From Octopus sinensis (Eukaryota): a stretch of 64,000 bases of DNA. A model generated the notes under the pieces. That model did no database searches, had not been told where the DNA came from, and saw only the letters and a list, made by a program, of their open reading frames with translations. The stretch covers positions 2,604,001 through 2,668,000 of the forward strand of contig NC_043026.1 of NCBI RefSeq assembly GCF_006345805.1. The letters run 5' to 3'. Made by a program: the position numbers and the translations under genes. Positions 36,201-50,520 of this stretch are shown here, piece after piece; within the stretch, counting starts at the first letter, position 1, and the number at the start of each line of letters is the position of its first letter.

Positions 36201-39200
36201 GGTCTATGGAGATCAACGTATTAGCCTATGAAGATAAAAGTATTGCGTCTAAAACAGAGGTTAAAGTATAGTTCTATGGAGATTAACATATTGGCCTATG
36301 AAGATAAAAGTATTGAGTCTAATACAGAGATTAAAGAAACGGTTTATGGAGATTAACGTATCAGCATATGAAGATAAACGTATTGAGTCTAATACAGAGA
36401 TTAAAGAATAGGTCTATGGAGATTAACGTATTAGCCTATGAAGATAAAAGTATTGAGTCTAATACAGAGATTAAAGAAACGGTTTATGGAGATTAACGTA
36501 TTAGCCTATGAAGATAAAAGTATTGAGTCTAATATAGAGATTAAAGTAAAGGTCTATGGAGATTAACGTATTAGCCTATGAAGATAAAAGTATTGCGTCT
36601 AATATAGAGACTAAAGTATAGGTCTATGGAGATTAACGTATTAGCCTAGGAGATAAAAGTATTGAGTCTTATATAGAGATTAAAATATAGGTCTATGGAG
36701 ATTAACGTATTAGCCTATGAAGATAAAAGTATTGAGTGTAATATAGAGATTAAAGTATAGGTCTATGGAGATTAATGTATTAGCCTATGAAGATAAGTAT
36801 TGCGTCTAATATAGAGATTAAAGTATAGTCTATGGAGATTAACGTATTAGCCTACGGAAAAAAAGTATTGAGTCTTATATAGAGATTAAAGTATAGGTCT
36901 ATGGAGATTAACGTATTAGCCTATGAAGATAAAAGTATTGAGTCTAATATAGAGATTAAAGTATAGGTCTATGGAGATTAACGTATTAGCCTATGAAGAT
37001 AAAAGTATTGAGTCTAATATAGAGATTAAAGTATAGGTCTATGGAGATTAACGTATTAGCCTATGAAGATAAAATTATTGCGTCTAACAGAGATTAAAGT
37101 ATAGGTCTATGGAGATTAACGTATTAGCCTATGAAGATAAAAGTATTGCATCTAAAACAGAGATTAAAGTATATGTCTATGGAGATTAACGTATTAGCCT
37201 ATGAAGATAAAAGTATTGAGTCTAATACAGAGATTAAAGAAACGGTTTATGGAGATTAACGTATTAGCCTATGAAGATAAAAGTATTGAGTCTAATACAG
37301 AGATTAATGTATTGGTCTATGGAGATTAACGTTTTAGCCTATGAAGATAAAAGTAGTGCGTCTAATATAGAGACTAAAGTATAGGTCTATGGAGATTAAC
37401 GTATTAGCCTACGAGATAAAAGTATTGAGTTTAATATAGAGATTAAAATATAGGTCTATGGAGATTAACGTATTAGCCTATGAAGATAAAAGTATTGAGT
37501 CTAATATAGAGATTAAAGTATAGGTCTATGGAGATTAATGTATTAGCCTATGAAGATAAAGTATTGCGTCTAATATAGAGATTAAAGTATAGGTCTATGG
37601 AGATTAACGTATTAGCCTACGGAGAAAAAGTATTGAGTCTTATAGAGATTAAAGTATAGGTCTATGGAGATTAACGTATTAGCCTATGAAGATAAAAGTA
37701 TTGCGTCTAATATAGAGATTAAAGTATAGGTCTATGGAGATTAACGTATTAGCCTATGAAGATAAAAGTATTGAGTCTAATATAGAGATTAAAGTATCGG
37801 TCTATGGAGATTAACGTATTAGCCTATGAAGATAAAATTATTGCGTCTAAAACAGAGATTAAAGTATAGGTCTATGGAGATTAACGTATTAGCCTATGAA
37901 GATAAAAGTATTGCGTCTAAAACAGAGATTAAAGTATATGTCTATGGAGATTAACGTATTAGCCTATGAAGATAAAAGTATTGAGTCTAATACAGAGATT
38001 AAAGAAACAGTTTATGGAGATTAACGTATTAGCCTATGAAGATAAAAGTATTGAGTCTACTACAGAGATTAATGTATTGGTCTATGGAGATTAACGTTTT
38101 AGCCTATGAAGATAAAAGTATTGCGTCTAATATAGAGACTAAAGTATAGGTCTATGGAGATTAACGTATTAGCCTACGGAGATAAAATATTGAGTCTTAT
38201 ATAGAGATTAAAGTATAGGTCTATGGAGATTAACGTATTAGCCTATGAAGATAAAAGTATTGCGTCTAATATAGAGATTAAAGTATAAGTCTATGGAGAT
38301 TAACGTATTAGCCTATGAAGATAAAAGTATTGAGTCTAAAACAGAGATTAAGTATAGGTCTATGGAGATTAACGTATTAGCCTATGAAGATAAAAGTATT
38401 GCGTCTAATATAGAGATTAAAGTATAGGTCTATAGAGATTATCGTATTAGCCTATGAAGATAAAATATTGAGTCTAATATAGAGATTAAAGTATAGGTCT
38501 ATGGAGATTAACGTATTAGCCTATGAAGATAAAATTATTGCGTCTAAAACAGAGATTAAATTATAGGTCTATGGAGATTAACGTATTAGCCTATGAAGAT
38601 AAAATTATTGCGTCTAAAACAGAGATTAAAGTATATGTCTATGGAGATTAACGTATTAGCCTATGAAGATAAAAGTATTGAGTCTAATACAGAGATTAAA
38701 GAAACGGTTTATGGAGATTAACGTATTAGCCTATGAAGATAAAAGTATTGGGTCTAATACAGAGATTAATGTATAGGTCTATGGAGATTAACGTTTTAGC
38801 CTATGAAGATAAAAGTATTGAGTCTAATACAGAGATTAAAGTATAGGTCTATGGAGATTAACGTATTAGCCTATGAAGATAAAAGTATTGAGTCTAATAT
38901 AGAGATTAAAGTATAGGTCTATGGAGATTAACGTATTAGCCTAAGAAGATAAAAGTATTGCGTTCAATATAGAGATTAAAGTATAGGTCTACGGAGAGTA
39001 ACGTGTTAGCCTATGAAGATAAAAGTATTGAGTCTAATATAGAGATTAAAGTATAGGTCTATGGAGATTAACGTATTAGCCTATGAAGATAAAATTATTG
39101 CGTCTTAAACAGAGATTAAAGTATAGGTCTATGGAGATTAACGTATTAGCCTATGAAGATAAAAGTATTGCGTCTAAAACGGAGATTAAAGTATAGGTCT

Positions 39201-42200
39201 ATGGAGATTAACGTATTAGCCTATGAAGATAAAAGTATTAAGTCTAATACAGAGATTAAAGAAACGGTTTATGGAGATTAACGTATTAGCCTATGAAGAT
39301 AAAAGTATTGAGTCTAATATAGAGATTAAAGTATAGGTCTATGGAGATTAACGTATTAGCCTATGAAGATAAAATTATTGAGTCTAATATAGAGATTAAA
39401 GTATAGGTCTATGGAGATTAACGTATTAGCCTATGAATATAAAAGTATTGAGTCTAATATAGAGATTAAAGTATAGGTCTATGGAGATTAAGGTATTAGC
39501 CTATGAAGATAAAAGTATTGAGTCTAATAGAGATTAAAGAAACGGTCTATGGAGATTAACGTATTAGCCTATGAAGATAAAAGTATTGAGTCTAAGAAAC
39601 AGATTAAAGTAACGGTTTATGGAGAGTAACGTATTAGCCTATGAAGATAAAGTATTGAGTCTAATATAGAGATTAAAGTATAGGTCTATGGAGATTAACG
39701 TATTAGCCTATGAAGATAAAAGTATTGAGTCTAATACAGAGATTAAAGAAACGTTTATGGAGATTAACTTATTAGCCTATGAAGATAAAGTATTGAGTCT
39801 AATACAGAGATTAAAGTATAGGTCTATGGAGATTAACGTATTAGCCTATGAAGATAAAAGTTTTGAGTCTAATACAGAGATTAAAGTATAGGTCTATGGA
39901 GATTAACGTATTAGCCTATGAAGATAAAAGTATTGAATCTAAAACAGAGATTAAAGTATAGGTCTATGGAGATTAAGGTATTAGCCTATGAAGATAAAAG
40001 TATTGCGTCTAATATAGAGACTAAAGTATAGGTCTATGGAGATTAACGTATTAGCCTATGAAGATAAAAGTATTGAGTCTAAAACAGAGATTAAAGTATA
40101 GGTCTATGGAGATTAACGTATTAGCCTATGAAGATAAAAGTATTGCGTCTAATATAGAGATTAAAGTATAGGTCTATGGAGATTATCGTATTAGCCTACG
40201 AAGATAAAAGTATTGAGTCTAATATAGAGATTAAAGTATAGGTCTATGGAGATTAACGTATTAGCCTATGAAGATAACATTATTGCGTCTAAAACAGAGA
40301 TTAAAGTATAGGTCTATGGAGATTAACGTATTAGCCTATGAAAAAAATGTATTGCGTCTAAAACAGAGATTAAAGTATATGTCTATGGAGATTAACGTAT
40401 TAGCCTATGAAGATAAAGTATTGAGTCTAATACAGAGATTAAAGAAACGGTTATGGAGATTAACGTATTAGCCTATGAATATAAAAGTATTGAGTCTAAT
40501 ACAGAGATTAATGTATAGGTCTATGGAGATTAACGTTTTCGCCTATGAAGATAAAAGTATTGAGTCTGATACAGAGATTAAGTATAGGTCTATGGAGATT
40601 AACGTATTAGCCTATGAAGATAAAAGTATTGAGTCTAATATAGAGAGTAAATTATAGGTCTATGGAGATTAACGTATTAGCCTATGAAGATAAAAGTATT
40701 GAGTCTAATACAGAGATTAAAGTAACGGTCTATGGAGATTAACGTATTAGCCTATGAAGATAAAAGTATTGAGTCTAAGAAACAGATTAAAGTAACGGTT
40801 TATGGAGATTAACGTATTAGCCTATGAAGATAAAAGTATTGAGTCTAATATAGAGATTAAAGTATAGGTCTATGGAGATTAACGTATTAGCCTATGAAGA
40901 TAAAAGTATTGAGTCTAATACAGAGATTAAAGAAACGGTTTATGGAGATTAACTTATTAGCCTCTGAAGATAAAAGTATTCAGTCTAATACAGAGATTAA
41001 AGTATAGGTCTATGGAGATTAACGTTTTAGCCTATGAAGATAAAAGTATTGAGTCCAATACGGAGATTAAAGTATAGGTCTATGGAGATTAACGTATTAG
41101 CCTATGAAGATAAAAGTATTGAGTCTAATATAGAGATTAAAGTATAGGTCTATGGAGATTAACGTATTAGCCTATGAAGATAAAATATTGCGTCTAATAT
41201 AGAGATTAAAGTATAGGTCTATGGAGATTAACGTGTTAGCCTAAGAAGATAAAAGTATTGAGTCTAATATAGAGATTAAAGTATAGGTCTATGGAGATTA
41301 ACGTATTAGCCTATGACGATAAAATTATTGCGTCTAAACAGAGATTAAAGTATAGGTCTATGGAGATTAACGTATTAGCCTATGAAGATAAAAGTATTGC
41401 GTCTAAACAGAGATTAAAGTATAGTCTATGGAGATTAATGTTTAGCCTATGAAGATAAAAGTATTGAATCTAATACAGAGATTAAGTAACGGTTTATGGA
41501 GATTAACGTATTAGCCTATGAAGATAAAAGTATTGAGTCTAATACAGAGATTAAAGTATAGGTCTATGGAGATTAACGTATTAGCCTATGAAGATAAAAG
41601 TATTGAGTCTAATACAGAGATTAAAGTATAGGTCTATGGAGATTAACGTATTAGCCTATGAATATAAAAGTATTGAGTCTAATAAAGAGATTAAAGTATA
41701 GGTCTATGGAGATTAAGGCATTAGCCTATGAAATAAAAGTATTGAGTCTAATACAGAGATTAAGTAACGGTCTATGGAGATTAACGTATTAGCCTATGAA
41801 GATAAAAGTATTGAGTCTAATAAACAGATTAAAGTAACGGTTTATGGAGATTAACGTATTAGCCTATGAAGATAAAAGTATTGAGTCTAATATAGAGATT
41901 AAAGTATAGGTCTATGGAGATTAACGTATTAGCCTATGAAGATAAAAGTATTGAGTCTAATACAGAGATTAAAGAAACGGTTTATGGAGATTAACGTATT
42001 AGCCTATGAAGATAAAAGTATTGAGTCTAATACAGATATTAAGGTAACGGTTTATGGAGATTATCGTATTAGCCTATGAAGATAAAAGTATTGAGTCTAA
42101 TACACAGATTAAAGTAACGGTTTATGGAGATTAACGTATTAGCTTATGAAGATAAAAGTATTGAGTCTAATACACAGATTAAAGTATAGGTCTATGGAGA

Positions 42201-44625
42201 TTAACGTATTAGCATATGAAGATAAAAGTATTGAGTGTAATACAGAGATTAAAGTATAGGTCTATGGAGATTAACTTATTAGCCTATGAAGATAAACGTA
42301 TTGAGTCTAATAGAGAGATTAAACTATAGTCTATGGAGATTAACGTATTAGCCTATGAATATAACGTATTGAGTCTAATACAGAGATTAAAGTAAACGTT
42401 TTATGGAGATTAACGTATTAGCCTATGAAGATAAAAGTATTGAGTCTAATACACAGATTAAAGTTTAGGTCTATGGAGATTAACGTATTAGCCTATGAAG
42501 ATAAAATATTGAGTCTAATATAGAGATTCAAGTATAGGTCTATGGAGATTAACGTTTTAGCCTATGAAGATAAAAGTTTTGAGTCTAATACAGAGATTAA
42601 AGTATAGGTCTATGGAGATTAACGTATTAGCCTATTAAGATAAAAGTATTGAGTCTAATATAGAGATTAAATTATAGGTCTATGGAGATTAACGTATTAG
42701 ACTATGAAGATTATAGTATTGAGTCCAATACAGAGATTAAAGAAACGGTTTATGGAGATTAACGTATTAGCCTATTTAGATAAAAGTACTGAGTCTAATA
42801 TAGAGATTAAAGTATAGTCTCTGAAGATTAACGTATTAGACTATGAAGATAAAAGTATTGAGTCTGATACAGAGATTAAAGAAACGGTTTACGGAGATTA
42901 CCTATTAGCCTATTTAGATAAATAATATCGAGTCTAATATAGAGATTAACTATAGTCTATGGAGATTAACGTATTAGCCTATGAATATAAACGTATTGAG
43001 TCTAATACAGAGATTAAAGTAACGTTTTATGGAGATTAAGGTATTAGCCTATGAAGATAAAAGTATTGAGTCTAATACACAGATTAAAGTATAGGTCTAT
43101 GGAGATTAACGTATTAGCCTATGAAGATAAAAATATTGAGTCTAATATAGAGATTCAAGTATAGGTCTATGGAGATTAACGTTTTAGCCTATGAAGATAA
43201 AAGTTTTGAGTCTAATACAGAGATTAAAGTATAGGTCTATGGAGATTAACGTATTAGCCTATTAAGATAAATGTATCGAGTCTAATATAGAGATTAAAGT
43301 ATAGGTCTATGGAGATAAACGTATTAGCCTATGAAGATAAAAGTATTGAGTCTAATATAGAGATTAAAGTATAGGTCTATGGAGATTAACGTATTAGCCT
43401 ATGAAGATAAAAGTACTGAGTCTAATATAGAGATTAAAGTATAGGTCTATGAAGTTTAACGTATTAGACTATGAAGATAAAAGTATTGAGTCTGATACAG
43501 AGATTAAAGAAACGGTTTACGGAGATTAACCTATTAGCCTATTTAGATAAAAGTATCGAGTCTAATATAGAGATTAAAGTATAGGTCTATGGAGATTAAC
43601 GTATTAGCCTATGAAGATAAAAGTATTGCGTCTAAAAGAGAGATTAAAGTATAGGTCTATGGAGATTAAGGTATTAGCCTATGAAGATAAAAGTATTGAG
43701 TCTAATACAGATATTAAAGTAACGGTTTATGGAGATTAACGTATTAGCCTATGAAGATAAAAGTATTGATTCTAATAAACAGATTAAAGTAACGGTTTAT
43801 GGAGATTAACGTATTAGCCTATGAAGATAAATGTATTGAGTCTATTATAGAGATTAAAGTATAGGTCTATGGAGATTAACGTATTAGCCTATGAAGATAA
43901 AAGTATTGAGTCTAATATAGAGATTAAAGTAACGGTTTATGGAGATTAACGTATTAGTTTATGAAGATAAAAGTATTGAGTCTAATACACAGATTAAAGT
44001 ATAGGTCTGTGGAGATTAACGTATTACTATATGAAGATAAAAGTATTGAGTGTAATACAGAGATTAAAGTATAGGTCTATGGAGATTAACGTATTAGCCT
44101 ATGAAGATAAACGTTTTGAGTCTAATACAGAGATTAAAGTAACGGTTTATGGAGATTAACGTATTAGCCTATGAAGATAAAAGTATTGAGTCGAAAACAG
44201 AGATTAAAGTATAGGTCTATGGAGATTAACGTATTAGCCTTTGAAGATAAAAGTATTGAGTCTAATATAGAGATTAAAGTATAGGTCTATGGAGATTAAC
44301 GTATTAGCCTATGAAGATAAAAGGATTGAGTCTAATACAGAGATTAAAGAAACAGTTTATGGGGATTCACGTATTAGCCTATGAAGATAAAAGTATTGAG
44401 TCTAATATAGAGATTAAAGAAACAGTTTATGGGGATTAACGTATTAGCCTATGAAGATAAAAGGATTGAGTCTAATACAGAGATTAAAGAAACAGTTTAT
44501 GGAGATTAACGCATTAGCCTATGAAGATAAAAGGATTGAGTCTAATACAGAGATTAAAGAAACAGTTTGTGGGGATTAACGTATTAGCCTATGAAGATAA
44601 ACATATTGAGTCTAATACAGAGATT
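24290..44625 (+). repeat. 70-bp satellite array (~290 copies, ~20.3 kb)
   Basis: Unit TATGGAGATTAACGTATTAGCCTATGAAGATAAAAGTATTGAGTCTAATA(T/C)AGAGATTAAAGTATAGGTC; copy number estimated as length/70. Confidence 0.98.
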
Positions 44626-44889
44626 GAAATGTTTGTCTATAGATTCGAAAATGGTTGTCCTTAGAAATGACATGATTGGTCTAAAGGGATGGAAGTATGA
44701 CGCTGTAGATAGAAAACACTGGTTCTTCTATCGATTCGAATCTATTGATCCTTTAATCTGAGTGCCTGCCTGGTGATTTCCGATCGGGCAGCGTTAGACC
44801 TCGCGGTGTCTTCGAGATGCTGCCTCACAACCAGGATCCACGCGTTTAAAATTTCAATTCATTCTCTATAACTATTTTTTGTAGATATG

Positions 44890-45759
44890 CTTTGTGCAGC
44901 AGTAGTGGTAGTAGTAATAGTAGTAGTAGTAGTGGTGGTGGTGGTGGTGGTGGTGGTTGTGGTGGTAGTTGTAGTAGTAGTAGTAGTAGTAATGGTGGTG
45001 GTGGTGGTGGTGGTGTTAGGAGTAGTTGTAGTAGTGGTGGTGGTGGTAGTAGTAATAGTAGTCGTGGTGGTGGTAGTAGTAATAGTAGTGGTGGTGGTGG
45101 TGGTGATGGTAGTAGTAGAAGTAGTAGTAGTCGTAGTAGTAGTAGTGGTAGTAGTAGTTGTGGTGGTGGTGGTAGTGTTGGTTGTGGTAGTAGTTGTAGT
45201 AGTAGTAGTAGTAATAGTCGTAGTGGTGGTGGTTGTGGTGGTGGTAGTAGTAGTTGTAGTGGTGGTGGTGGTGGTGTTGTTGGTAGTAGTAGTAGTGGTG
45301 CTGGTGGGGGTTGTGTTAGTTGTAGTAGTAGTAGTGCTGGTGGTGGTGGTGGTGGTGATGGTAGTAGTAGTAATAATAGTAGTAGTAATAATAGTAGTAG
45401 CGGTAGTAGTAGTAGTAGCTGTCGTAGTAGTAGTAGCTTTAGTAGTAGTAGTAGTAGTAGCGGTAGTAGTAGTAGTAGTAGTATCGGTAGTAGTAGTAGA
45501 AGTTTTGGTGGTGGTGGTGGTGATGGTGGTGGTTGTGGTTGTAGTAGTAGTAGTAGCTGTAGTAGTAGTAGATGTAGTGGTAGTAGTAGTAGTAGCTGTA
45601 GTAGTAGTTTTAGTAGTAGCGGTAGTAGTAGTAGTAGTAGTAGTAGTAGCTGTAGTAGTAGTAGTAGCAGCTGTAGTAGTAGTAGCAGCTGTAGTAGTAG
45701 TAGTAGTACTAGTAGCTGTAGTAGTAGTAGTAGCAGCTGTAATAGTAGTAGTAGTAGCT

Positions 45760-45796
<37 letters not shown>

Positions 45797-45822
45797 CTGT
45801 AGTAGTAGTAGTAGTAGCAGCT

Positions 45823-45853
<31 letters not shown>

Positions 45854-45894
45854 CTGTAGTAGTAGTAGCAGCTGTAGTAGTAGTAGTAGTAGCT

Positions 45895-45931
<37 letters not shown>

Positions 45932-45957
45932 CTGTAGTAGTAGTAGTAGTAGCAGCT

Positions 45958-45997
<40 letters not shown>

Positions 45998-46143
45998 CAG
46001 CTGTAGTAGTAGTAGCAGCTGTAGTAGTAGTAGTAGCTGTAGTAGTAGTAGTAGTAGTTGTTGTAGTAGTAGTAGTAGTAGTTGTAGTAGTAGTAGTAGT
46101 AGCTGTAGTAGTAGTAGTAGTAGTAGTAGTATCTGTAGCAGCT

Positions 46144-46181
<38 letters not shown>

Positions 46182-46250
46182 TGTAGTAATAGTAGTAGTA
46201 GTAGCAGTAGCAGTAGTAGTAGTAGTAGTAGTAGCAGTAGTAGTAGTCGG
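44890..46250. repeat. Long (GTA)n/(GGT)n/(GCA) trinucleotide tract
   Basis: Direct inspection; produces the poly-V/poly-S/poly-Y ORFs. Confidence 0.97.
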
Positions 46251-46519
46251 CTGTTGCCATTGTGATGTGGCCGTCTCCTACATTTCGTAGTTGGTGTGTT
46301 TGTGGCAGCGTGAAAGAGGAGGAGATGGAGTTAGAGAGGGAGGGAGGCGGAAGAAGGTGAGAGAGTGTGAGAAATAGTGAGCAGGAGAGAGTGAGAGTGA
46401 TGGCGATAGAGAGAGAATGTGCTTGAGAGAGAGAGAGAGAGAGAGAGATGGATGGATTGACGGTCATTCCATGTTTAAATGTAGGAAAGAAATGAAAGAG
46501 AAAATGAAGAAGAACTCGC

Positions 46520-46551
<32 letters not shown>

Positions 46552-46598
46552 AGAGATGTGGAGATGAGAGGATGGGAAAGAGAGAGAAAGCGAAGTGT

Positions 46599-46651
<53 letters not shown>

Positions 46652-46991
46652 CAGATAGATATATGGATAGATAGATAGGCAGATCCTTACATATATGAGG
46701 GGAAGAGGATAGGGGTAAATAAAGGGGGAAAATAAGATATTGAGAGAGAGGAATGGGGTAAAAGTATTTGTCTGAAAGAGAAAGTGAGGGAAAGAGAAAT
46801 ATAAGCCTTAGGAAGAGAGATAGAAAGATTAAGGGAAAGAGAGGCAGAGACACGCAGAAGAAGATAGAAAGAAAAGGGTGAGAGAGAGAATGAATAAGTG
46901 TGAGAAGAAGTAGGAGGCAAATCGTGAGAGAGAAGATGGAGGGTGTTGAGTATGAGGAAGAGTGAGTGAGGTTTGAAACACAATGTGTGAA

Positions 46992-47052
<61 letters not shown>

Positions 47053-47301
47053 TGAGACACAATGTGTGAAAGAGAGAGAAAAGATTGAGACACAATGTAT
47101 GAAAGAGAGAGACACATGTGAAAGAGAAAGTGAAACACAATGTATGGAATAGGGAGGGAGGTATTTTGTAAACGAGAGAGAGAGAGAGAGAGAGAGATGA
47201 TTAGGTAGAAGAGAAAGAGATGGCCCTTCTGATGGAGAAAGGACGGAGAGATAGAGGGATAGTGTAAGATAACGATATAAATACACACACACACACATAT
47301 T

Positions 47302-47339
<38 letters not shown>

Positions 47340-47372
47340 CTGAATAAGAGAGGGGAGTGAGAGATAGTCTGT

Positions 47373-47470
<98 letters not shown>

Positions 47471-47774
47471 ATTATGTAAGCTATATGAAAATGAGAAAGA
47501 GTCATATGATATAAGGAGTGAAGAAGAGAGGGAGGAAACGAGAGACAGAGAAAGCGATTGGGAGAGAAAAGGAGAGAGAAGACAGTGGAAAATGTAAACT
47601 GGACATTTGTGTGTTTGTTGTGTCTGTGTGTCTGTTTGAGAGTGAGTGTGAGTGGAGTGGAGGTGTGAGTGTGTCTGACGAAACACAAGTCGTGAGTGTG
47701 TGTGAGTGTGTGTGTATGAGTGGTTTAAACATACACACTTGCATTCACACACTCACATACATACATTCCTATCC

Positions 47775-47839
<65 letters not shown>

Positions 47840-48333
47840 CTTTATATATACCTATCTATTTGTATATATATATATATACATATATATATATCTGTGTATG
47901 TCTCAGCTACATTCATACAGCATACATAAATTCATTCACAAACACACCGACACACACATATATGTGCATATGTATATATTCGTGCGTAAGGGCGAACATT
48001 TAGTTGTACAGATGTATGTTATCTGTCGAATATATATACACACACATATAAACGCGTGCACAACATAATATAATTTCAATATACAAGAATGTCACATAGT
48101 ACAATACACTAGATGCATGCTTGAGCGTACATACATACATACATATATACATACATCGTATGATATGTATACGTATACATACAGATACACGCGCAAATAT
48201 ATACGTTTGTATATATATATGTATGTATATTATATATGTTGTATATACATGTATAGCTAAAATGGTTGTGAAATCGCATGTTGGTGTGTGAATAGCAGGT
48301 GCTTTTGAAGAGACACAAAAAACCCCGGGAACC

Positions 48334-48526
48334 ATGAACAACCAGCTTCTGTTGACCGTGCTGTCCTTTTCGACTGGGGCTGTGGCCCTGGTCACTCTGG
48401 CCCTTGCTGTGGCCACAGATTCCTGGCTTTACACAGAAGAGGCGATTGACTATGTGTTGGACAATGTCACAATAGTATACGTGGTCAGAACACACTCTGG
48501 ACTTTGGAGGGTTTGTACAATCAACG
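48334..48526 (+). CDS. First coding exon of a TARP / voltage-gated Ca channel gamma subunit (CACNG5/7- or stargazin-like; PMP22/claudin superfamily)
   Basis: MNNQLLLTVLSFSTGAVALVTLALAVATDSWLYTEE...HSGLWRVCTIN(G): TM1, the A(V)xTDxWLYxEE motif and HSGLWRVC. Kozak-like ggaaccATG, upstream acceptor TAGCAG (48293-48298), phase-1 donor G|GTGAGT. Confidence 0.88.
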
Positions 48527-48803
48527 GTGAGTATCAACTGACCGACTCAGCTTCGATTATTTATCCTTATTTATCGGTATTTCTTGTATTTTATTCTTTG
48601 ACACGACATCCATCCCCTGACGGCTTCGTTTGGTGTTGGAGATTCTGCTCTGCACTTCCCCATCAAATCATTTGGATATGTGTATAGCTAGCTATCTATC
48701 CATCCATCTATCTATCTATCTATCTATCTATCTATATAATCATCTATCTATCTATCTATCATATCTATCTATCTACTATTCTAATCTATCTATCTATCTA
48801 TAT

Positions 48804-48849
<46 letters not shown>

Positions 48850-49093
48850 CACATGCACATATAGAGAGGGAAAGAGAAAGAGTGTATATGTGCCTGTCTA
48901 TTAATGTGTGTGTGTGTGTGTGTACATACGAGAAACGGAAAATAGTGACCGACTGATTTGTATATTATTAAACATCCACTACCGCTTACACACACACACA
49001 TGTGTGTGTGTGTGTGTGTTGTGTGTGGGATGTGTGTGGAGAGAGGTCGATATATGTGTTTAAGAATTTCTTTATCTCTTCTCTATCTATCTA

Positions 49094-49126
<33 letters not shown>

Positions 49127-49663
49127 GTCTTTCATATATATATATTTATATATATATATAATATATATAGATAGATAGATAGTGATAAAAAAGTCCTTAA
49201 ACATATATAAATATATATATATACCTACCTCTCTCCACACACACATCTATATATATATGTGTGTGTATGTGTATTTTCGCGCGCACGCGCACGCGTGTGT
49301 ATTTTCGTGTGTGTGTGTGTAAGCGGTAGTGTCATGTTTAATAATATATACAAATCTGTCGGTCATACACACACACACACCACACACACATGTATATGTA
49401 TGTACCACAACATGAAACCACAGATATCTAAGGGTATGTGTGTGTGTGGTGTGTGTGTGTGTGTGTGTGTATTTGTTTTCTGTTACACAGCTTCTGTGAT
49501 ATATTTATTGTTCGGTATTACACTGTGAACAGTGTGGATGTATATCTGTCCATCCATCCGTCCATTGACTTCTCTATGCACGGAAGGTATCTCTGAATGC
49601 AGGGTATGCACATGTCTGTGTGTGTACGTGCGTGTGTGTGTGTCTGTACGTGTGTGTGTGTAC

Positions 49664-49725
<62 letters not shown>

Positions 49726-49830
49726 GAGATAGATAGATAGATAAATAGATAGGCAGAGAGAGAGAGAGCTGAATATATATTTTTGTGTCAGTGTCTACAA
49801 TATGTGTGTGCGTGTGTGTACGCGCACGCG

Positions 49831-49946
<116 letters not shown>

Positions 49947-50140
49947 TAGGTGTGTGTGTGTGTATGTACATATATGTGTGTATATATATGGTGCAATAAA
50001 CGGTGAGTTAGTGACCAACACAAAATTATATCACTGCAATATCTCTCTGTCTTTGTATGTATGTGCATGAATAAGTGTGTGTGTGTGATGAAACGAAATA
50101 TGGTGAGTTGTTGAAGACAATATCATTGTTATCATTTAAG

Positions 50141-50520
50141 GTGGCGAGTTGGCAGAATCGTTAAAGCGTCGGATGAGATGCTCAGCGGTATTTCTTCCGG
50201 CCTTGCGTTCCAAGGTAGACTGCTTTTCATTCATTTCGGGGTTGAGGCCCCAGCCTCATTGACAACCTCCCCCCCCCCAAACACACACACACACACACAT
50301 TTTATGCACTGCCCCTATAGTAGAATGGATTATTATTATTATCGTCATTGACGAGGTGGCATACTGGCAAAAGCCGTTGGCCATTCGCTCCTTTACGTTC
50401 TAAGTTCAAATTCCACCGAAGTCAAGCGTTATATACCATACCAACTTCGACTTTCATCCTTTCCGGTCGACGAAATGTCATGCCAGTCAAATGCTGGTAT
50501 CGATGCACCCGACTAGCACC
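50141..50520 (+). mobile_element. Two degenerate family B SINE fragments
   Basis: ggtggcgagttggcagaatcgtt... (50141-50235) and ...cgttctaagttcaaattccaccgaagtc (50353-50520). Confidence 0.55.

Noticed and set aside
24290-44625. Possible CRISPR array or coding repeat protein
   Set aside because: Head-to-tail 70-bp units have no unique spacers, the context is eukaryotic, and frames are interrupted by stops; the short ORFs arise from indels.
44690-44840. Hammerhead in the satellite's right flank (minus strand TCGAAGA..GGAAA)
   Set aside because: Stems could not be assembled around the core.
44887-46467. 467-aa poly-V, 457-aa poly-S and poly-Y ORFs
   Set aside because: Translations of a (GTA)/(GGT) trinucleotide tract.
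47670-47695. CTGACGAAACACAAGTC resembling a hammerhead core
   Set aside because: No stem II between CUGACGA and AAAC; likely chance.
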